Notes under the pieces: model-generated
What the model saw: only the letters and a program-made list of their open reading frames with translations
Told to the model about the DNA's origin: nothing
Databases searched by the model: none
Program-made: the position numbers and the translations under genes
In this document: one piece after another, positions 1 through 10,502 of the stretch
Layout: the number at the start of each line of letters is the position of its first letter
Position numbering within the stretch: the first letter of the stretch is position 1
Assembly (NCBI GenBank): GCA_963675525.2
Contig: CAXXSL010000011.1
Location: 352,001 to 416,000 of the forward strand
Source: Anaerohalosphaeraceae bacterium
Lineage (GTDB): Bacteria; Planctomycetota; Phycisphaerae; Sedimentisphaerales; Anaerohalosphaeraceae
Direction: 5' to 3'
Length of the DNA: 64,000 nt

Positions 1-1070
1 CTGACATCCTGCCCATGTGGGTAGCCGATATGGATTTCCGCAGCGCCGAACCCATTATAGAAGCATTGCAGGAGCGGGTCTCTCATGGTGTGTTTGGTTA
101 TGGCATTGCCGGTGACAAAACAAACAAGACCGTCATTGAATGGTTAAAAAACCGACATAACTGGGAAGTTCGCCCGGAATGGATCGTCTGGACGCCGGGG
201 CTTGTCTCCACTTTAAATGTGATCTGCCGCGCCTTTGCCGAACCCGACCAGCAAGTGCTCACCTTTACGCCCGTTTATCCGCCTTTCCTTTCGGCTCCCG
301 GCCTGTCCGGGCGATTGCTGCTGACCTGTCCGCTGAAAAACACCAACGGTATTTACACGATTGATTTTGAAACACTGGAATCCGTCGTAACAGAAAAGAC
401 AAAAGTGCTGCTGTTCTGCAGTCCCCACAATCCCGTTGGAAGAGTCTGGGATAAAGAAACACTGCTCAAACTCGCCGCTTTTTGTCTGAACCGAAACATC
501 CTGCTCTGTTCCGATGAAATTCATTGCGACCTTATCTTGGATACCAGTGCCAAACATACACCAACGGCAACACTGGATCAGGACATTGCCGCCAACACCA
601 TCACCCTGATGTCTCCGGCCAAGACGTTTAATCTGCCGGGGCTCAATTGCGGATTTGCCATCATCTCCAACGCAAAACTTCGTAAAGCCTACATGGACGC
701 CGCCCGTGATATTGTCCCGCATGTTAATGTGTTAGGCTATGCCGCCTGCCGGGCCGCCTTTACACAGGGAGTTGACTGGCTAAACAACGTGCTGGATTAC
801 CTGCGAGAAAATCTTCGCATTCTTTGCCATGCGATCAACAGCATCGACGGCCTGTCCATGGCCCCCGTCGAGGCGACCTACCTGGCATGGATCGATGTAC
901 AAAAACTGAACCTCTCCGATCCGGTCGCTTTCTTTGAAAAAGCCGGTGTCGGAATCACCAACGGCGCCGAATTCGGCCAACCGGGCTTTGTCCGGCTCAA
1001 CTTCGCCTGTTCACAAAAAAATCTTCTGCTGGCAATTGAACGAATTGAAAATGCGGTCAATAAACAATAA
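1..1070 (+). CDS. MalY/PatB-family PLP-dependent aminotransferase / cystathionine beta-lyase (5'-partial; frame open to window edge)
   Basis: DILPMWVADMDF start motif, CSPHNPVG, SDEIH, SPAKTFNLPG (PLP lysine), RLNFAC. Confidence 0.9.
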   Translation, partial: DILPMWVADMDFRSAEPIIEALQERVSHGVFGYGIAGDKTNKTVIEWLKNRHNWEVRPEWIVWTPGLVSTLNVICRAFAEPDQQVLTFTPVYPPFLSAPGLSGRLLLTCPLKNTNGIYTIDFETLESVVTEKTKVLLFCSPHNPVGRVWDKETLLKLAAFCLNRNILLCSDEIHCDLILDTSAKHTPTATLDQDIAANTITLMSPAKTFNLPGLNCGFAIISNAKLRKAYMDAARDIVPHVNVLGYAACRAAFTQGVDWLNNVLDYLRENLRILCHAINSIDGLSMAPVEATYLAWIDVQKLNLSDPVAFFEKAGVGITNGAEFGQPGFVRLNFACSQKNLLLAIERIENAVNKQ

Positions 1071-1081
1071 GGGACACCGAG

Positions 1082-1570
1082 ATGGATCACCGACAAAAAC
1101 AACAACGCTATCAGCGAATGGCAGAACAACTAAACAGCCTGCTCAAAACAACCAATGACCCCGTCTCACGCATGGCCACGATTGCCTCGCTGCTATACCA
1201 CAAAATGCGGCATTTTTACTGGGTCGGTTTCTATCGTCTCGTCGACAATGAATTGCTGGTCGGTCCCTATCAGGGGACGATCGCATGCCAAAAGCTCCCC
1301 CGGGATACCGGCGTCTGCTGGGCGGCAATCAATCACCGCCAGACGGTCCTGGTCCCCGATGTCAGCCTGTTTCCGGGGCATATCGCCTGTGACGCGCGAA
1401 GTAAATCTGAAATCGTCGTCCCCGTTACGGACACACATGGAAACATCACCGCCGTTCTCGACGGCGACAGCGATAAAAAAGACACCTTCGATGAAATCGA
1501 TGCAGAGTATCTTTCCTTCATTGCCGAAAAGATATATCGCGACGCATCAAATTCACCTCAACCCTTGTGA
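1082..1570 (+). CDS. msrC: GAF-domain protein, free methionine-R-sulfoxide reductase type
   Basis: FYWVGFY, GPYQGTIAC, GVCWAA, FPGHIACDARSKSEIVVP, VLDGDS, FDEID. Confidence 0.8.
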   Translation: MDHRQKQQRYQRMAEQLNSLLKTTNDPVSRMATIASLLYHKMRHFYWVGFYRLVDNELLVGPYQGTIACQKLPRDTGVCWAAINHRQTVLVPDVSLFPGHIACDARSKSEIVVPVTDTHGNITAVLDGDSDKKDTFDEIDAEYLSFIAEKIYRDASNSPQPL

Positions 1571-1685
1571 ATCTTTCGGCATGTCACAAAAGCCGTCAAT
1601 CATCACTAAAATATTGCATTTAGAACTCCATCTAAACCTTACTTTGTTTGTGTATATAATGCACCGAAACAACTCCTGAATTAAT

Positions 1686-1714
1686 TTGACAATCTTGAAT
1701 GTAATTTTTACAAT
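1686..1714 (+). promoter_or_regulatory. sigma70-type promoter for the ABC exporter operon, overlapped by palindrome TGTAATTTTTACA
   Basis: TTGACA-17 nt-TACAAT upstream of 1778. Confidence 0.6.
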
Positions 1715-1777
1715 TATATGCAACATATTAATCTATTTGTCGTCTAATAATATATACATTATTAGGAAGGAAGCAAG

Positions 1778-2719
1778 ATGCCAATTATTCGCATGACGAA
1801 TCTCAGAAAAGAATTTTCATCTCTTATCGCCGTCAATGATATCAATTATTCGATCGAACCCGGCCAAGTTGTCGGCCTCATCGGACCGAATGGTGCCGGG
1901 AAAACAACGCTCCTTCGAATGCTGGCAACCGTTTTACCGCCGACAGACGGAACCGCAGAGATTTGCGGATTTGATTTACGCAAAAAGCCGCTGGAAATTC
2001 GCAAAAAGATTGGCTACCTACCTGATTTTTTCAATTTATACAATGATCTAAAATTAACCGAATGCCTCGACTTTTTCGCCCGCGCTTACGGCATCCCGGC
2101 CGATGAGATACCTGCAAAGATAAATCAGACACTTGACTATGTTAACCTGCTATCCAAAAAAGACAGCTTCATCCGGCACCTTTCAAGAGGCATGATCCAG
2201 CGTATGGGCCTGGCGGTGCTGCTGGTTCATGAACCGGATATTCTCCTGCTGGACGAACCGGCATCAGGTCTGGACCCGATGGCCCGTATTCAGCTTCGGG
2301 ATATCCTCAGAAGGCTTAGTTCCGAAGGCAAGACCATTCTTATCTCGTCTCATATTTTGAGCGAACTTTCCGGATTTTGCTCCCATATCGCTATCATGAA
2401 TCAAGGCAAACTCGTCCTTGAAGGTGATATTGAGCGCATTGAAAGAGAAATCACCGGTATCGGTAAAATCACAATCAGAGTCCTTGAAAACGTAAACCAT
2501 GCCAAAACGCTTATCGAGCAATTTCCGGACGTTACACTCGAACAGGCATCAGACTCCACGTTCAGCCTGCGAGTCAATAACGGCCCACAAGCCGTGGCGG
2601 ACCTGAACGCCCACCTCGTCAACAACGGGGTTCGGGTGATTCATATCTGTGAACAAAAAACAACACTGGAAGACTTATTTATGGAAATCTCCAAAGAGAA
2701 AAACCTGCAAGTCAGTTAA
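1778..2719 (+). CDS. ABC transporter ATP-binding protein (ABC-2/DrrA-like exporter)
   Basis: Walker A GPNGAGKTT, signature LSRGM, Walker B LLLDEP, SSHILSE. Confidence 0.92.
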   Translation: MPIIRMTNLRKEFSSLIAVNDINYSIEPGQVVGLIGPNGAGKTTLLRMLATVLPPTDGTAEICGFDLRKKPLEIRKKIGYLPDFFNLYNDLKLTECLDFFARAYGIPADEIPAKINQTLDYVNLLSKKDSFIRHLSRGMIQRMGLAVLLVHEPDILLLDEPASGLDPMARIQLRDILRRLSSEGKTILISSHILSELSGFCSHIAIMNQGKLVLEGDIERIEREITGIGKITIRVLENVNHAKTLIEQFPDVTLEQASDSTFSLRVNNGPQAVADLNAHLVNNGVRVIHICEQKTTLEDLFMEISKEKNLQVS

Positions 2720-2732
2720 GGAAGGAAACCAT

Positions 2733-4154
2733 ATGTTCAGTAACCCGATCATTCAACGATATCGATTTTCTCAATTCAGACCGCAACAGCTTTGGACTTT
2801 TGGCACACTTTATAGTTGCAGTTTGCTCTTGATTTTCTTCATCAATACATCTATTTACAGCGTTGGAGAAGTTTTCGATTCCACACAGGACCTTTATAAA
2901 TCGCTTTTCATTCAATTTTCAATCTTACAGGCTATCCTACTTTGGTTGCTTATGCCGATAAACTGCAGCAATGTCGTCCCTCGTGAAATAGCAGACAAAT
3001 CCTTCGATTTCTTCCGTCTGCTTCCTCTCTCTGCAGGCAAAAAAGCAATCGGAATCCTTGTCGGCCGAAATCTTTTTAATATCCTCATTGCTGCTATTAA
3101 CTTAGCCATATGGCTGGTTTTGGGAATGATGGGGGATATTTCAACGAAACTTCTGTTGCAGTGGCTCCTTTTATTTATCGCGGGCACATTGCTGTTGAAC
3201 TCCGCCTCACTGCTGTTTTCAGTTCTATCCTATAAAAACAGAAAATCCACCAGCATCCCAATTTTAGTCGTGGCAGCCCTTTTTGCATTTGGGCCCATAT
3301 GCGGAACGATTGTCGGGGCTGTCGAAAATGGAGAAGTCATTTCTTTTTCTGCTGATTTTTTCAACATTCAGGTTCCGATTCTCTATCTGGTCAGTGCATA
3401 CGTTTTAATTGGTGCCGGTTGGGCTTTTTCCGGGATATTACGACGGTTTACCTTAGAATATGAACCCTTATTCAGCCGAAAAGGCGCCTTGGGGTTTATG
3501 GTTTGCTATCTTTTTCTGGTCTATGCGCTCTATCATAAGTTCCTGTTCACGATAGAAAATCAGGGTGCAGAATTTCTTTTTTACTCGTTCTACTTTGTCA
3601 CATCCATCCCGCTGTTGGTGATATGCCTGTTATCAATCAGAACATTCGATAAATATATCGAAATAACGCGGCTATCCTCAAAAAAAGGCAGTGTGCTTTG
3701 GGAAATATTTTTGAATTCAAACTTATGTTTAGGTATCCTTCTGTTTTTGTTATGGGGGATGACCGCCGGAATGGTCAGCGCCGTCACAGGTTCCCTGCCT
3801 GACTATTTTAAATTGACATTACTCTTTTTAACGGCATGGCTTATTTTGCTTTCTCTGCTTGAAATTTATTCAATCTATCTTCCAAACAATGAAAAAATCG
3901 GCTACCTTCTGGTCTTCATTGCCGGTCTCTATCTGATACTTCCAATGGTCCTCAGTGGGCTTTTTGAAAATGACTATTTAGCCATGTTCAGCCCGCTTGG
4001 AATTATTTATAGCTATAAAATGTACCATACCGTTGATGCGTTGTTGCCGCCATTAATCGTCAACATTGCCATCTTCATTCCACTGCTTCTGATGATCGGG
4101 GTACGCTATTCAAAAATCGGAAAATTACGGTCACGTATTGATGCGGACGCTTAG
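2733..4154 (+). CDS. multi-pass membrane protein, probable ABC exporter permease
   Basis: Many hydrophobic segments, EIADKSFDFFRLLPLS ABC-2-like motif, adjacent to the ATPase; start placed at ATG 2733 after AAGGAAGG. Confidence 0.75.
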   Translation: MFSNPIIQRYRFSQFRPQQLWTFGTLYSCSLLLIFFINTSIYSVGEVFDSTQDLYKSLFIQFSILQAILLWLLMPINCSNVVPREIADKSFDFFRLLPLSAGKKAIGILVGRNLFNILIAAINLAIWLVLGMMGDISTKLLLQWLLLFIAGTLLLNSASLLFSVLSYKNRKSTSIPILVVAALFAFGPICGTIVGAVENGEVISFSADFFNIQVPILYLVSAYVLIGAGWAFSGILRRFTLEYEPLFSRKGALGFMVCYLFLVYALYHKFLFTIENQGAEFLFYSFYFVTSIPLLVICLLSIRTFDKYIEITRLSSKKGSVLWEIFLNSNLCLGILLFLLWGMTAGMVSAVTGSLPDYFKLTLLFLTAWLILLSLLEIYSIYLPNNEKIGYLLVFIAGLYLILPMVLSGLFENDYLAMFSPLGIIYSYKMYHTVDALLPPLIVNIAIFIPLLLMIGVRYSKIGKLRSRIDADA

Positions 4155-4168
4155 GAGAGCATTTTAAT

Positions 4169-5287
4169 TCACGAAGTCAGGCAATCAATAATCCGGTTGG
4201 CTGTGTGAGGATTGTACAGGTCTTTGGAAGATGAAGCCATTGCCTGTCGTTTGGATTCATCGGCCATCAGGGTTGTTAACGCATTCAATAAATCCCGAGC
4301 CATTTGCGTAGGCGATTCGATATTATCCTCCACGATCATCGCCGCTCCGGCATCGACCAGTTTTTGAGCATTTTTGTATTGATGCCGGTCCTTATGGTAC
4401 GGATACGGAATGCAGATGGCCGGCTTTCCCGCCGCGGCGTATTCGGCCACGCTGACCGCCCCGGATCGGCCGACGACAATATCCGCCGCCGCCAGAAGGT
4501 TCGGCATATCATCATAATAATCGACGGCATGGTAGCTTATGTCAAATCCGCCGGCCGCGGCCTGAACCGAGTCAATATGCACCTGTCCCGTCAAATGGAC
4601 AACCTGCCACCGGTCAGAAAACTCAGCTAACTGGGGCATGATCGAAAGAATTGCGTCGTTAATATTCATCGATCCGCTGGAGGCCCCGGTAATCAGCAAA
4701 ACTTGCTTGTCCGCATCGAGAGCCAACTCCGAAAACGCCTTCTGCTTATCCGGGTTTTGAAATTCCTGACGCAAAGGACACCCCACCACCTCAACCCGGC
4801 CTTTTTTGAAAAACGACGCCGTATCCTCAAACTGGACAAATACCGTTTTCGCAAATCGACCCAGAAAGCGATTGGCCTTGCCCGGCACACTGTCCACGTT
4901 GATCAAATACACCGGAATCTTTAACGATCTTGCCGCCATCACAACCGGCGCGGTAACGAATCCGCCCGTTCCGATGACAACCGTATTCTGCCTGAACGGT
5001 TCCAGTATCTGCTTGACAAAATAATAGCTTTTCACAAATTGAGCAAAAAACCGGACCAGTTTTTTCGGATGTTTCGAGAGACCAACGGCCGGTAAAGGTA
5101 AAAATTCATAACCCGACCGTGACAAAATTCGTGCGTCGATTTCGCGATGGCTGCAGAAAAACAAGATCGAACTGCCATCCTGTTTTTGATGAATATGGTC
5201 CGCCACCGCCAGGGCCGGATAAATATGCCCTCCCGTGCCGCCGCCGGCAAAGAAATAATGACAGGAACCTTTATCCGTCACAGCCAA
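4169..5287 (-). CDS. murG: undecaprenyl-PP-MurNAc-pentapeptide N-acetylglucosaminyltransferase
   Basis: GGGTGGHIYPALA, GTGGFV, PGKAN, GRSGA, PYP...HQYKNA. Confidence 0.95.
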   Translation of the reverse strand: MAVTDKGSCHYFFAGGGTGGHIYPALAVADHIHQKQDGSSILFFCSHREIDARILSRSGYEFLPLPAVGLSKHPKKLVRFFAQFVKSYYFVKQILEPFRQNTVVIGTGGFVTAPVVMAARSLKIPVYLINVDSVPGKANRFLGRFAKTVFVQFEDTASFFKKGRVEVVGCPLRQEFQNPDKQKAFSELALDADKQVLLITGASSGSMNINDAILSIMPQLAEFSDRWQVVHLTGQVHIDSVQAAAGGFDISYHAVDYYDDMPNLLAAADIVVGRSGAVSVAEYAAAGKPAICIPYPYHKDRHQYKNAQKLVDAGAAMIVEDNIESPTQMARDLLNALTTLMADESKRQAMASSSKDLYNPHTANRIIDCLTS

Positions 5288-6494
5288 CCTCCTCCATCAC
5301 AAAATTCTCAGGGTAAACATCCCAAGCCACCGCCTGATCGGCATCTTGTTCATGCCGTGCAATATTTAACAATATCCCGACCGCCGCAGACGTCAGCAGC
5401 ATGCTCGTCCCCCCGGCGCTGATAAACGGCAGCGGAATGCCTTTCGTCGGCAGCATCACCGTGACCACGCCAATATTGATGATCGCCTGCAATGTAACCG
5501 CCATTACAATTCCGACACCCGCGAACCGGCCAAAGCGATTCCTGCACCGCATCGCCGCCACGATCCCCGCCCAGGCAAACACCACAAACAGCAGCATCAC
5601 AAAGATACAGGCCACAAGGCCCATTTCTTCGGCAATGATCGAAAAAATAAAGTCGGTCGTATCTTCCGGCAGATGCCCATATTTGATAACACCATGCCCC
5701 AGTCCTTTGCCGAAAATCCCGCCGGTACTGATTGCGATCAGGGACTGTTTAGCCTGATACGCCATAGTTGACGGGTCCAGGAAGTCTTTGATCCGGTTTA
5801 CCCGGGTCGGACTCATCATTACCGCCCCGGCAAACCCCACCACCATAAGCGGCAGCGGTGACAACAAGTGAATGATCCTGGCACCGCCGACAAAAAGCAT
5901 CAAATAACAGACCAAGGCAATAAACGCCGCGGTGCCGAAATCCTCTTTAATGATAAGGATAACCACCGTCGCAATGATCAGGCAGATCGGGGCAAATCGC
6001 TGTTTAAACCGGTCTAACGTCGAGGCATACTTGTCAAGAAAACCCGCCACAAACAGGATCATCACCCATTTGGCCATTTCAGACGGCTGAAAGCTGACAT
6101 AGACCGGCCCCGGCATTAAATCCATCCATCGCCGGGACTGGTTTCGCTCAACCCCCCCAAACAGAACAAATATCAGCAACAAAACCATCGCCGCAAATAA
6201 ATAAGGCGTCCACGAATACCCCAGAGGGCGAAGCGTAAAGCTGAAACGCCGATAATCAATCGCTGAAACCGCATACATAACCGCTATCGCCAGAGGAAAA
6301 AAGACCACTTGTTTCAGGACCGTAAAATTATAAAACCGAACCAGGTCATATTCGCCGCTGACCGTCGCTCCCGCGGAAAAGACAAACACGGTACCCGTCG
6401 CCATCAACAGCAGCACAGCCAGTTCAATGACCCTGTCCAGTTTGATATGTACTGATTTAGAACGCATGTAACTATATTTCGGCATAATGATCAA
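5271..6494 (-). CDS. ftsW: SEDS-family peptidoglycan glycosyltransferase FtsW
   Basis: RRW, FQPSEMAK, DFGT, GKGLG, LPEDTTDFIFSIIAEE, PTKGIPLPFISAGGTS; overlaps murG. Confidence 0.9.
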   Translation of the reverse strand: MIIMPKYSYMRSKSVHIKLDRVIELAVLLLMATGTVFVFSAGATVSGEYDLVRFYNFTVLKQVVFFPLAIAVMYAVSAIDYRRFSFTLRPLGYSWTPYLFAAMVLLLIFVLFGGVERNQSRRWMDLMPGPVYVSFQPSEMAKWVMILFVAGFLDKYASTLDRFKQRFAPICLIIATVVILIIKEDFGTAAFIALVCYLMLFVGGARIIHLLSPLPLMVVGFAGAVMMSPTRVNRIKDFLDPSTMAYQAKQSLIAISTGGIFGKGLGHGVIKYGHLPEDTTDFIFSIIAEEMGLVACIFVMLLFVVFAWAGIVAAMRCRNRFGRFAGVGIVMAVTLQAIINIGVVTVMLPTKGIPLPFISAGGTSMLLTSAAVGILLNIARHEQDADQAVAWDVYPENFVMEEVGCDG

Positions 6495-6610
6495 TTTTTC
6501 AATAAAAAAGAAGACGGATTTCCATCTCGCGTCAAAATCCTAAATAGCAGTTGATTCCATAAGTATTTTGGGTAAAATGTTGTGAACTTTAGAAAATGGG
6601 AGACTTTAAA

Positions 6611-6946
6611 ATGAATCGTACAATACTTATGTCGTTACTCGTTTGTATTAGTATCTTGCTAACCGGCTGCCAGGAATCGGATTCCAACCTGGTCCAGCGG
6701 GCCCGGTTCGTGGGGAACGAAAACCTGAAACTGAAAAATCAGCTTAAAGAAAAAGATTTGGAAATTGCCCAACTAAAGAAAGACATCCAAAATCTCGAAG
6801 CAGAAAATGTCCGGGCTGCACAGGCGGCCGGTGATGCAAATATCAAAATCCTGAGAACCCTTGCAGAAACCGAACAAGGAAATCAAGCCCTGTTGCAGGA
6901 AAATGAAAAACTTAAAGAAGAACTCGAAAAGCTAAAGGCCCAGTGA
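6611..6946 (+). CDS. small coiled-coil lipoprotein, function unknown
   Basis: GGGAG SD, lipobox LLTG-C, heptad-rich K/E/L/Q body. Confidence 0.7.
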   Translation: MNRTILMSLLVCISILLTGCQESDSNLVQRARFVGNENLKLKNQLKEKDLEIAQLKKDIQNLEAENVRAAQAAGDANIKILRTLAETEQGNQALLQENEKLKEELEKLKAQ

Positions 6947-6995
6947 AAAACCGGGCCCGTTAAAATCCAGCGTCAATATCGGTCATTTCGGACCG

Positions 6996-8765
6996 TTAAA
7001 ATTTACCGATGTTCGCCACGGCAGTCAGGGGTTCATCCATCCCTTGATCGGGATATTTCTTTTTTCGAGCCGCAGCGACCAATCCCACAAACATCGGCGA
7101 CGGACGCATGGGTCGGCTCGTCAGTTCCGGATGTGACTGTGTTCCCATAAAGAACGGATGTTGCGGCAGTTCCAATATCTGCATGATCGGCTGATTGGGC
7201 GCCTTGCCCGAAAAAACCAACCCGTTCTGCTCGATTTGCTCGATATACTCAGGGTCAACTTCATAACGATGGCGGAATCGTAAACGCACGCTGCCGGTTT
7301 TGCCGAGAAACTTCCATGCCAGCGTCTCTTTCTTGATTTCCACATCCCGTCCGCCAAGCCGCATATTGCCACCCAGTCCTTCTATCTTTTTCTGTTCCGG
7401 CAGAATACTGATTACAGGAGATTCGCAATCCTGATCGATCTCCGTGGAATTGGCTTTTTGAATACCGCACACATTCCGCGCAAACTCGATTACCGCCGCC
7501 TGAAATCCAAGACACAGCCCCAGGTACGGCATATTGTTTTCACGGGCATACCGAACACACGCAATTTTCCCTTCCCAACCCCGTGTACCGAAACCACCCG
7601 GCACAATAATCCCATCCACATCCTTCAAATGCTCCGCGGCATTGCCATCCGTTACATTTGTCGTATCAATCCACTCCACCCTCACCTTCGAAGCCAAATG
7701 AATCCCCGCATGTTCCAACGCATTCAAAATCGATGCATAGCTGTCCCGAACGGACGTATATTTACCCGTAATCCCGATACAAACCTCATGCGTCTCTTTG
7801 TTAATTTTGTCCGTAAAATCACACCACCGGCTCCACTCCTTGCGTTCATGGCGAAGCTTGGTGCGGTCTTCAATTTTCAGCATCCGCAAGACTTCAAAAT
7901 CCAGTCCACCCTCTCGCAGCATCGCCGGGATTGAATAGATACTCGCCGAATCGTGCATACTGAAAACCCGCTCGAACGGTACATTGCCGAACACGCTCAT
8001 TTTCTGCCGGGCCTGCTCTGTCACAGGATGCTCACAGCGACAGGCAATAATATCCGGCTGGATCCCCAACTGCAAAAGCTGCTTAATCCCCAATTGTGCT
8101 GCCTTGGACTTCTGCTCGCCCAGCGTCTTCGGCTCCAGGATATACGTCAATGCCACAAAACAGCAGCTTCCCGGCCCTTCTTCATAAGCCAATTCGCGAA
8201 TCGCCTCGATATAAAAGGCATTCTCCAAATCCCCCACGGTGCCGCCGATCTCCACAAATACAACATCCGCTTCCGATGACACCGCCAACTCGCGAAGCCG
8301 CATCTTCACTTCACCCGTCACATGCGGAATCATCTGTACATCTCTGCCCAGATAATCGCCGTGCCGTTCCTTCTCCAGGACGGAACTGTAGATCTGCCCG
8401 CTGGTCGAAAAATTCAACCGGCTCAGATTCTGGTCCAGCATGCGCTCATAGGTTCCCAGGTCCATATCCGTTTCCATCCCGTCATCCAGCACAAACACTT
8501 CGCCGTGACGGAACGGGTTCAGCGTCCCGGAATCAATATTCAGATACCCTTCCAGCTTGATCGGAGCGACCTTCAATCCCTTATCCTGCAGCAGTTTGGC
8601 CAGGCACGAAGAGAATATTCCTTTACCCAATCCGCTCATCACGGTACCCATCACGATGACATACTTGGTCTTGCCTTTTTGGTATCCTTTGGGAAAAGGC
8701 AAAAAGTATTCATTATCCGATGAACTGCCGCTGATTTTCGCTAATAGATCTTTACTATCTGACAT
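6996..8765 (-). CDS. pyrG: CTP synthase
   Basis: GTVMSGLGKG, HGEVFVLDDG.ETD.DLG.YER, EIGGTVGD, PGGFG, GLCLG, RHRYE, QSHPE. Confidence 0.97.
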   Translation of the reverse strand: MSDSKDLLAKISGSSSDNEYFLPFPKGYQKGKTKYVIVMGTVMSGLGKGIFSSCLAKLLQDKGLKVAPIKLEGYLNIDSGTLNPFRHGEVFVLDDGMETDMDLGTYERMLDQNLSRLNFSTSGQIYSSVLEKERHGDYLGRDVQMIPHVTGEVKMRLRELAVSSEADVVFVEIGGTVGDLENAFYIEAIRELAYEEGPGSCCFVALTYILEPKTLGEQKSKAAQLGIKQLLQLGIQPDIIACRCEHPVTEQARQKMSVFGNVPFERVFSMHDSASIYSIPAMLREGGLDFEVLRMLKIEDRTKLRHERKEWSRWCDFTDKINKETHEVCIGITGKYTSVRDSYASILNALEHAGIHLASKVRVEWIDTTNVTDGNAAEHLKDVDGIIVPGGFGTRGWEGKIACVRYARENNMPYLGLCLGFQAAVIEFARNVCGIQKANSTEIDQDCESPVISILPEQKKIEGLGGNMRLGGRDVEIKKETLAWKFLGKTGSVRLRFRHRYEVDPEYIEQIEQNGLVFSGKAPNQPIMQILELPQHPFFMGTQSHPELTSRPMRPSPMFVGLVAAARKKKYPDQGMDEPLTAVANIGKF

Positions 8766-8791
8766 TATATCTTCCGTGCTCTAACAGTCTG

Positions 8792-9535
8792 TTAATTTTT
8801 CTTTTGGATCATTCGCTCTACAAACGCCTGATATTGCTCTTTGGTATCCACCCCGTCCCAGGCCTTTGGGACGGTCGCGGTCAAAATCGTGTTGCCATTT
8901 TCTATTGCGCGAAGCTGCTCCAGTTTTTCCCGCTGTTCGAGAAAACCCGGGGCCATCGCTGTATAGGCCATCAAAAAATCTTTTCGATAGGCATAAATTC
9001 CCAGGTGACGCTTGTAATCGCTGACCGACCCCACACCACCGGCCTGGCGGTCATAGGGTATCACAGACCGGGAGAAGTAGATCGCCCTGTCCGCAGTATC
9101 GGTGATGCACTTAACGATATTCGGATTAGCAACATCCGCTGGATTTTCAAACGGTGCCAGAAGTGTGGCCATCTGAGCCTTTGGATTTGCGATCAGAAGG
9201 CTTGCGACCTGGTCGATATAATCCGGATCGATATCCGGCTCATCGGCCTGCAGATTGACAATAATGTCAACATTATCCTCTGCGACCGCTTCGGCGATCC
9301 GGTCGGTCCCGCTCTGATGTTCGACAGAGGTCATCACACAGGCCGCCCCAAACTCCCGGCAGGCACGCTGTACTCGCTCGTCATCGGTGGCGATCAGAGC
9401 CTCATCAACACTTTTAGCGCATAAAGCACGCTCATAGGTGTGCTGAACGAGGTATTTGCCCGTTTCTTTGGCGAGAACTTTCCCTTCAAATCGGCTTGAG
9501 CCGTAGCGGGCGGGTATGACAACAACAATTTTCAC
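8792..9535 (-). CDS. kdsB: 3-deoxy-manno-octulosonate cytidylyltransferase
   Basis: IPARYGSSRFEGK, SGTDR, NLQADEP, YFSRS.IP, HLGIYAYR, EKLEQLR; GTG start at 9535 chosen by homology. Confidence 0.93.
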   Translation of the reverse strand: MKIVVVIPARYGSSRFEGKVLAKETGKYLVQHTYERALCAKSVDEALIATDDERVQRACREFGAACVMTSVEHQSGTDRIAEAVAEDNVDIIVNLQADEPDIDPDYIDQVASLLIANPKAQMATLLAPFENPADVANPNIVKCITDTADRAIYFSRSVIPYDRQAGGVGSVSDYKRHLGIYAYRKDFLMAYTAMAPGFLEQREKLEQLRAIENGNTILTATVPKAWDGVDTKEQYQAFVERMIQKKN

Positions 9536-9594
9536 AATCCATGTTCCTTGCAGCGATCCAAAACGTAAATTTAGCACCAAACCACTGCCCGAAT

Positions 9595-9623
9595 ATATTA
9601 GGAGAAATCACCCCTCCTGTCAA
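9595..9623 (-). promoter_or_regulatory. sigma70-type promoter of kdsB-pyrG
   Basis: TTGACA-17-TAATAT on the minus strand. Confidence 0.55.
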
Positions 9624-9672
9624 CCAATCATCGTGAAAATTATTCGTATTCATAAAAACAGGATTGGCGCAT

Positions 9673-9704
9673 AAAAAACGGGCCACGATCGCTCGCGACC
9701 CGTT
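9673..9704 (-). terminator. rho-independent terminator after the PEP-CTERM cluster
   Basis: Minus strand AACGGGTCGCGA-GCGA-TCGTGGCCCGTT followed by a T-run. Confidence 0.75.
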
Positions 9705-9736
9705 GAAAACTATATATGTAATAGAGGAGAGAGATA

Positions 9737-10420
9737 TTAGGCTCGGCGTCTCCGAAGCAACAATCCGCCTAATCCCAGCAATGCCAATGTCGCTGGTTCG
9801 GGTATTACGGTTTCATCCGCATACAGCCACATCGTTGTGACGAGAGAACTGTACGACTGATCCAAATAACTGTCAAAACTTGCATCGCCTGTGACTTGTG
9901 ATTTCAGCCGGGCATCCCCATTTGAATCGGTCCAGGAATAATCCCCCAAGGAACCAAGGAGATCGCCGTCTACATGCACAACTCCTGATCCAAACAAGAT
10001 GCCGGTATCAAATACCATTGGACCAACAGTATAAAATTGCTCTTCCTCGACATAATATTCGCCGGCCGCTTGACTACCCCAAATCACCGGAATGCTCAGA
10101 ACCGTTACACTCCAGTCAATCGCGGCAAAAGAACCTTTGGCCACTCCATTTGCAGAGTCATCGTCCAAAATAGTGAATGTTGCATTAATGCCAATCCCCT
10201 GATTGAAGGTCGCAACCGGGGCTCCGCTGCCATTCGTGCTTGAATATAATGAAACACTAGCGCCGCCGCTCCAGGTTAACGTCGATGTGGTATGGTCATA
10301 CACGGCCGATAATCCATCGCCCTGAAGTATATCGACACCCACACTCTGCACACTTAGCGCACCAAAACTCGGAATCGCACATAAAAGCAGAATAACTACA
10401 CCTACACTTACCTTTCTCAT
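9737..10420 (-). CDS. PEP-CTERM sorting-domain surface protein
   Basis: Signal peptide; C-terminus VIPEPATLALLGLGGLLLRRRRA. Confidence 0.92.
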   Translation of the reverse strand: MRKVSVGVVILLLCAIPSFGALSVQSVGVDILQGDGLSAVYDHTTSTLTWSGGASVSLYSSTNGSGAPVATFNQGIGINATFTILDDDSANGVAKGSFAAIDWSVTVLSIPVIWGSQAAGEYYVEEEQFYTVGPMVFDTGILFGSGVVHVDGDLLGSLGDYSWTDSNGDARLKSQVTGDASFDSYLDQSYSSLVTTMWLYADETVIPEPATLALLGLGGLLLRRRRA

Positions 10421-10502
10421 CTTTCACTCTCCTCATCCAATAGACTTATGCTTTATTTATTACCCTCCTCCGGGTAAACATAATATTCATCTTTTTAAAT
10501 TT

